Assembly: GCA_963843575.1 (NCBI GenBank)
Contig: CAWJKZ010000026.1
Span: 64,001-128,000 of the forward strand
DNA: 64,000 bases
DNA from: an uncultured Acidobacteriota bacterium
GTDB taxonomy: Bacteria > Acidobacteriota > UBA6911
Direction: 5' to 3'
Below, in pieces: positions 18,673-29,416 of this stretch. Each line of letters starts with the position of its first letter. Within the stretch, counting starts at the first letter, position 1. The notes beneath the pieces are model-generated. The model saw only the letters and a list, made by a program, of their open reading frames with translations. It made no database searches and was not told the origin of the DNA. The position numbers were made by a program, and so were the translations under genes.

Positions 18673-19254
18673 ATGACGAACGATATGCCCGACGAGGAGC
18701 TGGTGGAGAGCACGCTCGGAGGAGAGGAGCATGCCTTCTCCCAGCTCTACGAGCGCTATCGGCGACCGGTCTATTCGACGGCGTACCGGATCACCCAGAA
18801 CGCTGCGGATGCCCAGGACGCCACCCAGGAGGTGTTCGTCAAGGTCTACCGCTCCCTGCGGAGTTGGGACCCGGGGAGGGCGAAGTTTTCGACGTGGTTG
18901 TTCCGAATGGCTGCTAACCACGCGATCGATCTCTGGCGCCAGCGTCGCCGCCGTGCGGAGGACCAGATCCCAGAACGGTCCCCCGAGCGCCTGCTGCGCG
19001 AGAACGCCTTGCGGGACGCGATCCGCTCTCCCTATCGGGATGTCGCGGACCAGGAGGCCCTTGCAGAGGTGCGCCGCTGCATCGATGTGCTTCCGGACTT
19101 GCAGAAGAAGGTCTTCGTGCTGAGGTTCTTTCAGGATTTGAAGCTCGAGGAAATTGCGGGGGTCGAGGGCTGCAGTCTCGGGACGGTCAAGACCTCGCTT
19201 TTCCGGGCCACCCAAAGCGTGAGGCGGGCGCTGCGCGCCTCGAAAAAAGCGTGA
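18673..19254 (+). CDS. ECF RNA polymerase sigma factor
   Basis: 'DAQDATQEVFVKVY', 'FSTWLFRMAANHAID' and 'GTVKTSLFRA'. Confidence 0.92.
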   Translation: MTNDMPDEELVESTLGGEEHAFSQLYERYRRPVYSTAYRITQNAADAQDATQEVFVKVYRSLRSWDPGRAKFSTWLFRMAANHAIDLWRQRRRRAEDQIPERSPERLLRENALRDAIRSPYRDVADQEALAEVRRCIDVLPDLQKKVFVLRFFQDLKLEEIAGVEGCSLGTVKTSLFRATQSVRRALRASKKA

Positions 19255-19706
19255 TGAAACGGGACGAACGCCACTACACGGAAGAAGAGTTGCTGCTTCA
19301 CCTGCTCGGAGAAGACGTGCCGGAACGTTCAGGGGAAACGGCGCGCCACCTGCAGCACTGCTCGGAGTGTGCCGCCGTGTTCGGGGACTATGCGGTTGTG
19401 CGCGAAAAGATCCAGAAATGGCCGGTGCCGGAGCCCTCGGAAGCGTGGTGGCGCGAAAGCCAGGCGCGGCTGTTGCAGAAGTTCCGTGAAGACGGCCAGT
19501 GGCTGCGGCGCAGGGGACTGTTCGGCACGCTCTCCCGGTTTTTCAAGCCGGTGTGGGACTACGCCCTCGAAAACCCGCTCCCCACCATGGGCTACGTCGC
19601 GGCTGCCCTCGCGTTCGCCTCGGAGCGGACGATCACGGTTTTTCGTCTCGACCACTTGCTGCCGAAAACAAACGAGATGCTGGAAATCCTCAGGCAGGTA
19701 CTCTAA
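19251..19706 (+). CDS. Putative ZAS anti-sigma factor
   Basis: 'HYTEEEL...HLQHCSEC' zinc-binding motif; overlaps the sigma stop codon. Confidence 0.7.
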   Translation: MMKRDERHYTEEELLLHLLGEDVPERSGETARHLQHCSECAAVFGDYAVVREKIQKWPVPEPSEAWWRESQARLLQKFREDGQWLRRRGLFGTLSRFFKPVWDYALENPLPTMGYVAAALAFASERTITVFRLDHLLPKTNEMLEILRQVL

Positions 19707-19718
19707 GGCTGAAACGGC

Positions 19719-20915
19719 ATGGCTAACGAAAAGAGATTGGGTTTTGGCGAGTTCCTGGCCGATATCTACGGAGTCATCGTCGCGCCGCGCGGGCGGTTCA
19801 GGTTGATTCACGAGCGGGACGCGGCGTGGGGCTCGCTGGTTCTCCTGATCGTACCGGCGTATTTCGGGATGGCCTTCGCCAGCGCCATCTTTTTCAAGCG
19901 GGATCCTTTCCCGGGGTACTCCTTTCTCCTCCCCGCTGTCCTCGCCACGGGATTGACGCTTCTGAAAATACTGTCCGTGCACGTCCTGGCGCGGCTGTTC
20001 GAGAGTCGCGGGCAGCGCGGCGCAACCGGCGGAAGTTTTCGGGACCTGATCGTGGTCTTCGGCTACACGGGAGTGCCAGCCCTCGGCGCGATCGTGTGCG
20101 CCTCGGCCGCGTTCCTGTTTGCGCCGGGACAGCTGGGCTACTTCGTCCATTCCTTGCGGGTCGTGGCCATCAGTCTCCTGGTCGCGACCGGAATCGCCCT
20201 GTTTGTCTGGAACCTGATCCTCATGGTCCTCGCGCTCAGGGTCGTCTATGCGATCGGGGACATCAAAATTCTCGCCTCGGTCTTTATCGGCCCGCTGCTG
20301 GTTGGGGCGCTGCCGGGACTTGCGGCCCACACCATTTTCACCGAAGGGAAGATCGAGATCGCCTGCCTGCGGCCGGTTCTCTCGGACCGAATTATCAGGT
20401 TCGCGACCGCCGATCTAGCGGGCGATAGCGGCCATGACGCGAAGGTCAAGGTGCACATCGATCTTCTCGGATACAGGTGGCGTGCCCCGGAACGATTCGA
20501 CCTGGTGATCTTCGAACCGGCAGGGCCTGCTGCGGCGAAGCCGGCCGGCGAGCCAGGAGCCTGGCAGGTTATCTTCGGCAGGCGCCCCGACCAACTCCTG
20601 TTCGGACGCATCGTGGGAGTTCCCGGCGATACCGTGGGGGTGGTTGACGGGAAACTGCGAATCAATGGTCAGGTTTGGGCGGAGCCGTACGTTACTCCGG
20701 AGTTCCAGTCGGCCGTTTCGGTGGCCGACACCCGCCTTGCACCGTCCGATTACCTGATCCTTCCGGAGGACCGGAGGATGGTGGATGCACGCCGGGGAGA
20801 CCTGGTCGTTCCCCGTGCGCGCGTTTACGGCCGGGCTATGATCAGAAGATGGCCGCTCGGCTGGTGGTGGTTCCGACCTTCTGTTTTCCGCGAACCGTAC
20901 CCCGTCTCGGAGTAG
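19719..20915 (+). CDS. Yip1-domain membrane protein fused to a degenerate signal peptidase I (S26)-like domain
   Basis: Five TM segments with a Yip1-like pattern ('YGVIVAPRGRF', 'GSFRDLIVVFGY'), followed by 'PERFDLVIF...GRIVGVPGDTV...LRINGQ..AEPY...VYGRA...WP'. Confidence 0.7.
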   Translation: MANEKRLGFGEFLADIYGVIVAPRGRFRLIHERDAAWGSLVLLIVPAYFGMAFASAIFFKRDPFPGYSFLLPAVLATGLTLLKILSVHVLARLFESRGQRGATGGSFRDLIVVFGYTGVPALGAIVCASAAFLFAPGQLGYFVHSLRVVAISLLVATGIALFVWNLILMVLALRVVYAIGDIKILASVFIGPLLVGALPGLAAHTIFTEGKIEIACLRPVLSDRIIRFATADLAGDSGHDAKVKVHIDLLGYRWRAPERFDLVIFEPAGPAAAKPAGEPGAWQVIFGRRPDQLLFGRIVGVPGDTVGVVDGKLRINGQVWAEPYVTPEFQSAVSVADTRLAPSDYLILPEDRRMVDARRGDLVVPRARVYGRAMIRRWPLGWWWFRPSVFREPYPVSE

Positions 20916-20956
20916 GTGCTGATACTCCCGGAGTTCGCACGCGAGGCCGGCCCGGC

Positions 20957-21409
20957 TCACACGTAGAGGTCCGGCGGCTTGATCCCCATCAGCCTGAGGT
21001 AGACATACAGCTGGCCGCGGTGGTGAATTTCGTTTTCCGCCACGTCGCGCGCCATGGAGGAGATCGTCTGTTCGATCCCGAACGGTTTCACGACCAGGTC
21101 GAACCCGTCGTCTGGGAATGCAGCCAGCTGCGCGCTGAGCGTGCCGTAAATGGCGTCGAACGCCCCGACGATCTCGCCGGTGTTCTGAAACGAGCCCGCG
21201 ATGATGAACGATTCCAGGCTCCACCGGTTTTCCCCCAGGCCGGCCGCCAGAAAACGATAGTTCCCCGCGATGTGGAGGGCCAGTTCTCGCGCACTCATCA
21301 TTTCGGGCACCGGGCGGAAATCGAGGCGGTCGTCGGGAATTGCCTGCAGCGCGCGGCGTGTGGCACGAAACCTGTTTTCCGTGATCTGAATGAAGGTTGC
21401 GGTGTCCAT
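20957..21409 (-). CDS. DinB family protein
   Basis: 'LDFRP...S.RELALHI' and 'EIHHRGQLYVYLRLMG'. Confidence 0.9.
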   Translation of the reverse strand: MDTATFIQITENRFRATRRALQAIPDDRLDFRPVPEMMSARELALHIAGNYRFLAAGLGENRWSLESFIIAGSFQNTGEIVGAFDAIYGTLSAQLAAFPDDGFDLVVKPFGIEQTISSMARDVAENEIHHRGQLYVYLRLMGIKPPDLYV

Positions 21410-21591
21410 GGAAGCCTCCGGCTGTGGCTATACTACACCAAAGACCGGGGGTCTCCTCCGGGACAGGATCGAGATTCGGCGGCCGGGAGGCGCAAGGCGG
21501 GGCGCGCGGGTGCGGATCACGGCGGAGGATCGCATTCCGTGCAATTCGCGACCGAGTTCCATAAAATAGGAAATCCGGGAGGCACAACCTG

Positions 21592-23121
21592 ATGACGCTG
21601 GAATCCATCTTCACGAGGCAGCTTCCGGAGGGCGAGCCGGAGCTAGACCGTTTGGCCGAGGAACTGGGGCGGCTCGCGGAGTTGACCGTTTACCCGCGGT
21701 CGATCGTCCCGACAGGCGCCGGTGCCGTGTTCATGGGACGGCGAGGAGTCGACAAGCGCCTGGGGCTGGTTTTCACGGCTGACTCGGGCGGCGGGTTCGC
21801 GGGGAGTTCGAAACGCTTGATTGTGTCGGGCAGAGAGGTGTTGCTCATGGTGTGTCCGACCACGGCCGGAAACGCCGCCGCGGCGCGCACCCTGCTGCCG
21901 TTTCTTGTCCCGCGGACGCTCGGGTTGTGCAAGTCCGCGGGTTGCGGTGACAGGCTCGGGCTGGCCACCCCGGGGCACGTGCAGGCGCTCCGGGAGACTG
22001 GGATCGCCGCGATTCTCGCCCAGCAGTCGGTGCGCGAGAACGCCAGGACGGGCCGGACCCCGCAAGAGGTCATGGACGACGCGCTGTGGGGCGTGCTCCA
22101 AGAGGGTTGGCGTGCCGGGTTTGGCGCCGATGCCGACCACCTCAAGGAGGAGGCCGACATCGATTCCTTTGCAGCCGCCGGTTACACGTTCTTTACCTTC
22201 GATCCGGGCGAATACGTCGCCCCCGCCGCGGATTCCGTTGCCCCCTCGGGCCTTTCCCGGATGGTCGACGATCTCCCGTGGGATGTCCTCGAGAGTTCGC
22301 CGTCCGACCTGAAACGGGCCCTGCTCGACCGCCCGGTCGAGCTCGACGGCTTCCGAATCGTCCTCTCGGAGTTGGAGCTGCTGCGGGCCGCCGGAAAGTA
22401 CGGGCGCGCCGTCGCTCGCACCGCCACGCTCTATCGGCACCTGTTGGCAGCCGCGCGGCAGCCCTTCGAGGTGGAGATGAGCGTGGACGAGACCGAAAGC
22501 GTGACCACCCCCGCGGAGCACCTTTACATCGCACACGAACTCCGCAGGCTCCGGGTGCGCTGGGTCAGCCTGGCTCCGCGGTATGTCGGCCGATTCGAGA
22601 AGGGTGTGGACTACATCGGCGACGCCGGGGAGTTCGAAACTTCCTTCGGCCGCCACCTGGCCATCGCGCGGGCGTTCGGTCCCTACAAACTGAGCCTGCA
22701 CTCGGGGTCGGACAAGTTTGCCATCTACCCGATCGCCGCTCGGCTGGCGGGTGAACTCGTACATCTCAAGACGGCCGGGACGAGTTACCTCGAGGCCTTG
22801 CGCGCCATCGCCGCCGAGGCCCCGGCGCTGTTCCGGGAGATCGTCCGGTTCGCGGTGATGCGGTACCCGGTCGACCGTGCCTCCTATCACGTTTCGGCGG
22901 AAGCCGGGCGTGTCCCCGAGGTGGAGGGCTGGCCGGACGCTCGGCTCCCCGGGCTGCTCGATCAGTTCGATGCGCGCCAAGTCCTGCACGTGACGTTCGG
23001 ATCCGTCATTCGGGAACCCATGTTTCGAGAACGATTCTTCGCGATCCTGCGCGAGCGCGAGGGGACGTATTACGAGATGCTGCGCGTGCATTTCCGGAAG
23101 CACCTGGACCCGTTCAAGTGA
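21592..23121 (+). CDS. uxaE: Tagaturonate/fructuronate epimerase
   Basis: 'GDRLGLATPGH', 'AQQSVRE..RTGR', 'GADADHLK', 'FEKGVDY', 'SLHSGSDKF' and 'HLKTAGTSYLEAL'. Confidence 0.9.
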   Translation: MTLESIFTRQLPEGEPELDRLAEELGRLAELTVYPRSIVPTGAGAVFMGRRGVDKRLGLVFTADSGGGFAGSSKRLIVSGREVLLMVCPTTAGNAAAARTLLPFLVPRTLGLCKSAGCGDRLGLATPGHVQALRETGIAAILAQQSVRENARTGRTPQEVMDDALWGVLQEGWRAGFGADADHLKEEADIDSFAAAGYTFFTFDPGEYVAPAADSVAPSGLSRMVDDLPWDVLESSPSDLKRALLDRPVELDGFRIVLSELELLRAAGKYGRAVARTATLYRHLLAAARQPFEVEMSVDETESVTTPAEHLYIAHELRRLRVRWVSLAPRYVGRFEKGVDYIGDAGEFETSFGRHLAIARAFGPYKLSLHSGSDKFAIYPIAARLAGELVHLKTAGTSYLEALRAIAAEAPALFREIVRFAVMRYPVDRASYHVSAEAGRVPEVEGWPDARLPGLLDQFDARQVLHVTFGSVIREPMFRERFFAILREREGTYYEMLRVHFRKHLDPFK

Positions 23122-23165
23122 AACGCGCGCCGCCGGCTTGGCGGCGCTCATCTCGGGAGAAGTTC

Positions 23166-23998
23166 ATGGATCTTGCGGAACTCACCAAAATGTACGATTT
23201 CACCGGCAAATCGGTCGTGATTACCGGGGGCGCCGGTATCCTGGGGGAGAGATCTCCTGCGCGATGGTGGGATGTGGGGCCAGCGTCGCCCTGCTGGACC
23301 GGGACCCTTCCCTGGCCGATCGCCTGATCCACCGATTCGAGACCTCCGTCGGGAAGGCGATCGTGGTCTACGCCGACGTGCTCAAGCCGGAGAGCCTGCA
23401 CCAGGCGTGCGATCTCGTCCTGCAGTCGTTCGGGCGCGTCGATTGCCTGATCAACGCGGCAGGCGGCAACAAGGCCGAGGCGACGACCAGCGAGACCCGG
23501 TCGTTTTTCGACATCCCGGAGGACGCGCTCCGTTTTGTCTTCGAGCTGAACGTTCTTGGGACGATCCTCCCTTGCCGCATATTCGCACGCAAGATGGCGG
23601 ACCAGGGCGAAGGCGTGATCCTGAACATATCGTCGATGAATGCGTTCCGGCCGCTGACCCGGGTGCTCGGTTACTCGGCCGCGAAGGCGGGGGTGAGCAA
23701 CTTCACGCAGTGGCTGGCCGTTCACCTGGCGCAGGAATATTCGCCGCGATTACGCGTTAACGCCATCGCCCCGGGGTTCTTCCTGACCGACCAGAACCGG
23801 TTCCTGCTCACCGATCGGGAAACCGGCAGCCTGACGGCGCGCGGCCAGAGTATTCTCACCCACACGCCCATGGCGAGGTTCGGCGTGCCCGAAGACCTGC
23901 TTGGCACGGTGCTGTGGCTGTTGTCGCCGGCTTCGGCTTTCGTCACAGGGATCGTCGTGCCCGTGGACGGTGGGTTTTCGGCGTTTTCGGGAGTGTAG
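23166..23998 (+). CDS. uxuB: SDR-family D-mannonate oxidoreductase (fructuronate reductase); frameshift near 23245
   Basis: 'VITGGAGILG', 'LINAAGGN', 'SSMNAFRPLT..YSAAKA..SNFTQWLAVH' and 'VDGGFSAFSGV'. Confidence 0.8.
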
Positions 23999-24031
23999 TC
24001 GGCGGAGTTTTGACACGCAGGAGGTGCGGTT

Positions 24032-25309
24032 ATGGCGGCTGGGGTGGGGTATGTCGATCGTTTGATGACAGAGGGGGAAGCGCGCGCGGTGGTCGCCTCG
24101 ACCATTTCGGGCGCTGGGCTCGAGGGGAAGAAAGTCCTGGTGATCATCCCGGACGCGACCCGCACGGCACCGATCCCGATGATGTTCCGGATCTTCGCGG
24201 ACGAGATCGCGCCCAGGGCGGCCCGCCTCGACTACCTCGTCGCGCTTGGAACGCACCAGCCGTTGAGCGAGGACGCCATCAACCGTCTCGTGGGCGTAAC
24301 CGCGGAGGAGCGGGGAGGGCGATTCAAGGCAACGCGGGTTTTCAACCACCGCTGGGATCTGCCCGAAACATGCGCGAAGGTCGGCACGATTTCGGCCGCC
24401 GAAATCGAAGCGATCACGGGCGGACTGATGAGCCAGTCCGTCGACGTCCGGCTCAACAGGCTCGTGTTCGACTACGACCGCATCGTCATCTGCGGCCCCA
24501 CGTTCCCGCACGAGGTGGTCGGGTTCTCCGGCGGCAACAAGTACTTCTTCCCCGGCATCGGCGGGGCCGAGGTGATCAACTTCTCCCACTGGCTCGGCGC
24601 CGTGATCACCAGTTACAGCGTGATAGGCACGAAGTACACGCCCGTCCGGCGGGTGATCGACAGGGCCGCTTCCTTTATCGACCGGCAGAAGCTCTGTTTC
24701 GCGATGGTGGTTAAGGGCGCCGGTCTCGCCGGTCTTTTCGCCGGGTCGCCGGAGGAGGCATACGATGCCGCCGCCGACCTGTCGAGCCAAATCCACATCC
24801 AATGGGTGGAGAAGCCCTTCAGGCGCGTGCTGTCGGTGATGCCGAAGATGTACGACGACATCTGGACCGCGGCAAAAGGGATGTACAAGCTTGAGCCTGC
24901 GATCGCCGAGGGGGGTGAAGTCGTCGTCTATGCACCGCACATTGACGAGATCAGCTACACTCACGGGCGACTGATCGACGAGGTCGGGTATCACGTCCGG
25001 GACTATTTCCTCAAACAGTGGGACAGGTTCAAGGGCTACCCCGGCGGCGTGCTGGCGCACAGCACGCACCTGCGCGGCATAGGGGAATACGACGCGGCGA
25101 CGGGGATCGAGTCGCCCCGCATCAAGGTGACCCTGGCGACGCGCATCTCGGAGGAACGCTGCCGCCGGGTGAACCTCGGCTACATGAACCCGGATGACAT
25201 TCGGCTGGACGATTGGCGCGGCCGCGAGGCGGAAGGGATCGTGCTGGTGCCCAAAGCCGGCGAGATGCTTTACCGCCTCAAACCCGCAAGCGCGCGGGCA
25301 GGAACCTGA
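24032..25309 (+). CDS. LarA-family (nickel-pincer) racemase/epimerase, candidate aldonate 2-epimerase
   Basis: 'IIPDATRT', 'ALGTH', 'NHRW' and 'PHEVVGFSGGNKYFFPGI'. Confidence 0.85.
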   Translation: MAAGVGYVDRLMTEGEARAVVASTISGAGLEGKKVLVIIPDATRTAPIPMMFRIFADEIAPRAARLDYLVALGTHQPLSEDAINRLVGVTAEERGGRFKATRVFNHRWDLPETCAKVGTISAAEIEAITGGLMSQSVDVRLNRLVFDYDRIVICGPTFPHEVVGFSGGNKYFFPGIGGAEVINFSHWLGAVITSYSVIGTKYTPVRRVIDRAASFIDRQKLCFAMVVKGAGLAGLFAGSPEEAYDAAADLSSQIHIQWVEKPFRRVLSVMPKMYDDIWTAAKGMYKLEPAIAEGGEVVVYAPHIDEISYTHGRLIDEVGYHVRDYFLKQWDRFKGYPGGVLAHSTHLRGIGEYDAATGIESPRIKVTLATRISEERCRRVNLGYMNPDDIRLDDWRGREAEGIVLVPKAGEMLYRLKPASARAGT

Positions 25310-25319
25310 CGGATCGACT

Positions 25320-26909
25320 ATGAGCGAAGAGCTGTTCCCGATTCTGTCCCCCGGCCGGGGAACGCGGCGTCGAGGTGAGAGGCAGCGCGCGCCTTGCGGA
25401 TGTCGGCATCGTCCTCCGCCCGGGGGACGATGTGGCGGTCGCCCGAAAAGACCTTGCCCGCGGGCTCGAAATCACCACGTCCGCAATCCGCATTTCTCCT
25501 GGGCGAGGGCATCCCCATGGGGCACAAGTTCGCGCTGCGCCCGATCGCAAAAGGTTCCCCGGTGCTCAAGTACGCGCAGCCCATCGGCGTGGCGTTGGGC
25601 GACATCCGGCAAGGCGATTGGGTTCACGTGCACAACGTCGGGCTGGCGCACGAGGTCGGCGATCGCACTACGGGTCTGGAGCACCCGCAACCTCCGCCTT
25701 TGCCCGACGATTTGCCGCGTTCGTTCATGGGTTACCGCAGGGCCGACGGTCGCGTGGGCACCCGCAACTACGTCCTGGTGGTCCCGACCAGCAATTGTTC
25801 CAGCCACGTCTGCAGTGCGATCGCAGAGGCCTTCAGGGAGAGTCGCTGCGCAGGGGTGGACGGCGTCGTGGCGCTCCCGCACCACGACGGCTGCGGTCAC
25901 CACGACGGTCCCGATGTCGCACAGCTCGAACGCACGCTCAAGGGCATGGCGCGGCACCCGAACGTCGCCGCTGTACTGTTCGTCGGGCTGGGCTGCGAGA
26001 TTAACAACCTCGACCGCTATACCCAGCTGTCGCTCGCCACCGCGGGGCGTCGCCCCGTGGCGACACTCGAAATCCAGGCGGCGGGCGGGACCCTGAAGAC
26101 GATAGAGGCGGGGACGCGCTGCGTCCGCGAACTGCTGGACGAGGCGACGCGCTGTGCGAGCGCACGACGGAACCGGTTTCGGAACTGATCCTCGGTCTGA
26201 ACTGCGGCGGGTCAGACGCGTTTTCCGGCGTATCGGCCAACCCCGCGCTGGGCTATGCGAGCGACCTCGTCGTCGCCGCGGGTGGTGCGGCGGTGCTGGC
26301 CGAGACTCCCGAAATCTTCGGCGCCGAACACCTCCTGGCCCGGCGCGCGGTCAATGTCCCGACCGCGGAACGCCTTCTGTTCATCATACGGAGATACCAG
26401 GAGTACGTGGCCCGGTTCGGAGCGACACTGGACAGCAATCCCGCTCCCGGGAACCTGCGCGGCGGCATCACCAACATCGTCGAGAAATCGCTGGGTGCCG
26501 TCATGAAGGGGGGCACGACGATGCTGGCCGGTGTGGTGGACTACGCGGAATCGGTGACTGGCAAGGGCCTGATCGTCATGGACACGCCTGGCTACGATCC
26601 GGTCTCCATCACCGGGATCGCCGCCGGAGGCTGCAGCCTCATCGCCTTCACGACGGGGCGCGGTTCGGCTATCGGGTTTCCGATCGTTCCCGTCCTCAAA
26701 ATAGCTACCAACAGCCGCATGCACCGCACGATGGTCGATAACATGGACATCAACGCTGGAGAAATCCTCGACGGTCTCGGCCTCGGTCCGATGACAAAGG
26801 GATAGAAATCTTCCGTCACATCGTGAGGGTCGCATCCGGGGAGCGGACCAAGAGCGAACTGCTCGGGCACAAGGAGTTCGTGCCATGGCGCATCGGCCCG
26901 GTGATGTAA
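25320..26909 (+). CDS. uxaA: UxaA/GarD-family altronate dehydratase (SAF + dehydratase); several frameshifts
   Basis: 'IPMGHKFAL', 'VHVHN', '[14 protein letters not shown]', 'GLGCE', 'CGGSD', '[18 protein letters not shown]' and 'FTTGRG'. Confidence 0.88.
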
Positions 26910-26911
26910 TG

Positions 26912-26940
26912 TGGAGTGCGGCGCCTCGGCGCCGCCCTTT
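26912..26940 (+). repeat. REP-like palindromic element (single copy) between convergent genes
   Basis: TGGAGTGCGGCGCCTCGGCGCCGC..TTT, nearly identical to the arm at 29417-29443. Confidence 0.65.
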
Positions 26941-26955
26941 TGGCTGCGACGACGT

Positions 26956-27998
26956 TCAATTGCCACCGAGGGAGACGGTGCGGCCGCCGTCGCGCGCCGA
27001 ACGATAGAGCGCCAGGACAAGTTCCAGCGAGGCACGGCCCTGCAGCCCGTCCACGTAAGGGGGCCGGTCCTCGCGTATCGCCGCCGCAAAATCCTCCATG
27101 ATCCTCCGGTGGCCTTCCCAGCTGATTGCCATCGCGTTTCCCGATCCGTCTGAGATGTCTGCCGTGGCCGGCGACGGGTTGGGGGACTGGTCGCGCAACG
27201 CCCACGTGGAGATGTTGTCGCCGTCCACCGTGATCGTGCCCTCGCTGCCCGTAAGTTCAAGACGGCGCTTGAAACCCGGGTAGATCGACGTCGCCGCCTC
27301 GATGACGCCGAGCGCGCCGCTGCGAAAGCGAAGTGCCGCGACCAGCGTGTCTTCTCCCTCGATCTGCGCGTGGATACGCCTGGCCGAGAAGGCAGTCGCC
27401 TCCGCGACCGGCCCCATCATCCAGAGCAGCAGGTCCACCGTGTGAATGGACTGGTTGATCAATGCGCCGCCCCCGTCCAGTGCGATGCGTGCCGCGCCAG
27501 GGCGCGGAAGCGTAGTACTCGGCGGTGCGGTGCCACTTGACGTACGCGCTCCCCATGACAGGGCGGCCCAGACGGCCCCGTGCGACGGCCGAATGGACCT
27601 CCCGGGTCGCATCGAGGAAACGGGACTGGAATGACACGCCGAGTTTCACCCCGGCCGCCGGCAGGCGGAGATCAGGGCGTCGGCGTTTTCCAGCGCGACG
27701 TCCACGGGTTTTTCAACCAGGACGTGCTTTGCCCCTGAGCGCCACACGGCACCCGATCTCGCCGTGCGTGCCGCTGGGGTGCAAATGGAGACGGCATGCA
27801 GCGCCGGGTCGGCCAGGAAGGCCTCCAGGTCGGTACTGCAAGGAACACCGAACTCGCCGCCCAGGCTCCTGGACGATTCCGGCGAGCGCGAACACACCGA
27901 AACCAGTCGCAGGGAAGGGACTCCTCCGGATGGCCTCCGCGTGGATCCTGGCGACGTTCCCGCACCCTACTGATCCCGATACCGACGGCATCGTTCAT
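26956..27998 (-). CDS. Gfo/Idh/MocA oxidoreductase; several frameshifts
   Basis: '[14 protein letters not shown]', 'KHVLVEKP' and '[18 protein letters not shown]'. Confidence 0.85.
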
Positions 27999-28148
27999 CG
28001 CGCGCTCCCTGCCTTTTTCGCCGCGAGTCCACCGCGGTGCGACGTGCCCTTATAGCATACCTGCGGTGGCTTCGCGGGCGGTTGAAAATTGCATCCGGCG
28101 GCGTGCACCCGGCGTCTGTTATCATCTCCGGAACAAGGGAGGAAGCTC

Positions 28149-28355
28149 ATGCCCGGAACGTACAAGATCACGGAACTCGTCGGGACGTCGCCCACGAGTT
28201 TTGCCGAGGCCGTCAAAACGGCGGTTGAAGAAGCGTCGCTTACGGTGCGCCACATGGATTGGTTCGAAGTGGTGGCACAGCGCGGCCGCATCCAGGGGGG
28301 AAAGGTCGTCGAGTTCCAGGTCACCATCAAGGTCGGGTTCAAAATCGAGCGCTGA
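28149..28355 (+). CDS. Dodecin (flavin-binding protein)
   Basis: 'YKITELVGTSPTS..EAV..A...MDWFEV...RG.I..G.V.EFQVTIKVGF'; 68 aa with GGAGG RBS. Confidence 0.92.
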   Translation: MPGTYKITELVGTSPTSFAEAVKTAVEEASLTVRHMDWFEVVAQRGRIQGGKVVEFQVTIKVGFKIER

Positions 28356-28455
28356 CGGACGGAATCGAGGTTCCCTCGTGACCCTCGAGCATTGGAGGTG
28401 ATGTTCGAAGCCATCCTCCGAGTATCCCGAGTTTGCACGGGGGAACAGTCGGCCG

Positions 28456-29328
28456 TCAGCCGCGGACGGACGCTGCGGGGATCTTAGCGACGAGGTCCTT
28501 CATCTCGGCGATGCTTTCGGCGCCGATCGTGAAGCAGTCCAGCACATCCTGGCCCAGCGCGTACTGCAGCGCCGTGTCCACGGTGCCGCGCAGTTTGCCC
28601 TGGCCCAGGATCTTCATCCCGACGATCCCCTTTCCCGCTGTCTTCATTTCTTTCAGGACCGAGATCACGGTCTGCGGATCGGCGTCCATGTAGGCGCTTG
28701 CCGGGTTGAGGCGGGCTAGGTCGACGTCGACCCACGGGGTGACCGCGGCCGTCCTCAACGCGCCGATGCTGTGGCACGAGAGCCCGTGCGCCCGAATCGT
28801 CTTCTTCTCCTTCGCCTCGCTCAGGACGGCCATGGCGCCCCGTTTCTTCTCCGGCCACGCCGGGTCCGTGACGGCGTGCAGGAGGACGATGTCGATGTAG
28901 TCCGTGTCGAGTTCCTTACGGAATCGGTCGAGGTCCTTGCGCATCTCGGCCTCTGTGGTCGCGGCGGTCTTGGTCATGAGTACCACCCTGTCGCGCGGGA
29001 CGGTTCTGAGGGCTTCGCGCACGTGGGGATGGCTGCCGTAGCCGTCGGCGGTGTCCCAGAAGTTGAGGCCCTGGTCCACGCCGGCCCGAAATAGCTCCGC
29101 GAGGCCCTGGATGCCGAGCTTGCGGGTCTGGTTGGAACTCCCCTGGTAGCCGATCGTGCCGCTCCCCTGCGCCAGCCGGGAGAGCTTGATGCCGGTCCGG
29201 CCGAGCGTGACGATGTCCTGGGCGTGTTTCCTGGTCTCTGCTGCGAAAAGGTGGAAGGGGAAGTTCTGCGTCTGCAGGAAAGCGGCACCGGTCAGGGCGC
29301 CGTATCGCAGGAAGTGGCGGCGTTTCAT
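28456..29328 (-). CDS. Aldo/keto reductase with Tat-type signal
   Basis: 'MKRRHFL', 'LGRTG', 'DTADGYGSH' and 'LDTDYIDIVLLH'. Confidence 0.9.
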   Translation of the reverse strand: MKRRHFLRYGALTGAAFLQTQNFPFHLFAAETRKHAQDIVTLGRTGIKLSRLAQGSGTIGYQGSSNQTRKLGIQGLAELFRAGVDQGLNFWDTADGYGSHPHVREALRTVPRDRVVLMTKTAATTEAEMRKDLDRFRKELDTDYIDIVLLHAVTDPAWPEKKRGAMAVLSEAKEKKTIRAHGLSCHSIGALRTAAVTPWVDVDLARLNPASAYMDADPQTVISVLKEMKTAGKGIVGMKILGQGKLRGTVDTALQYALGQDVLDCFTIGAESIAEMKDLVAKIPAASVRG

Positions 29329-29416
29329 CGATGGATCCTCCGTGGGAATGTCTCTAGCAATGTTAGCATATGGCAATTAGACCGGGCTCGAGAGGCTGTC
29401 CAACGGTTGACGAATT

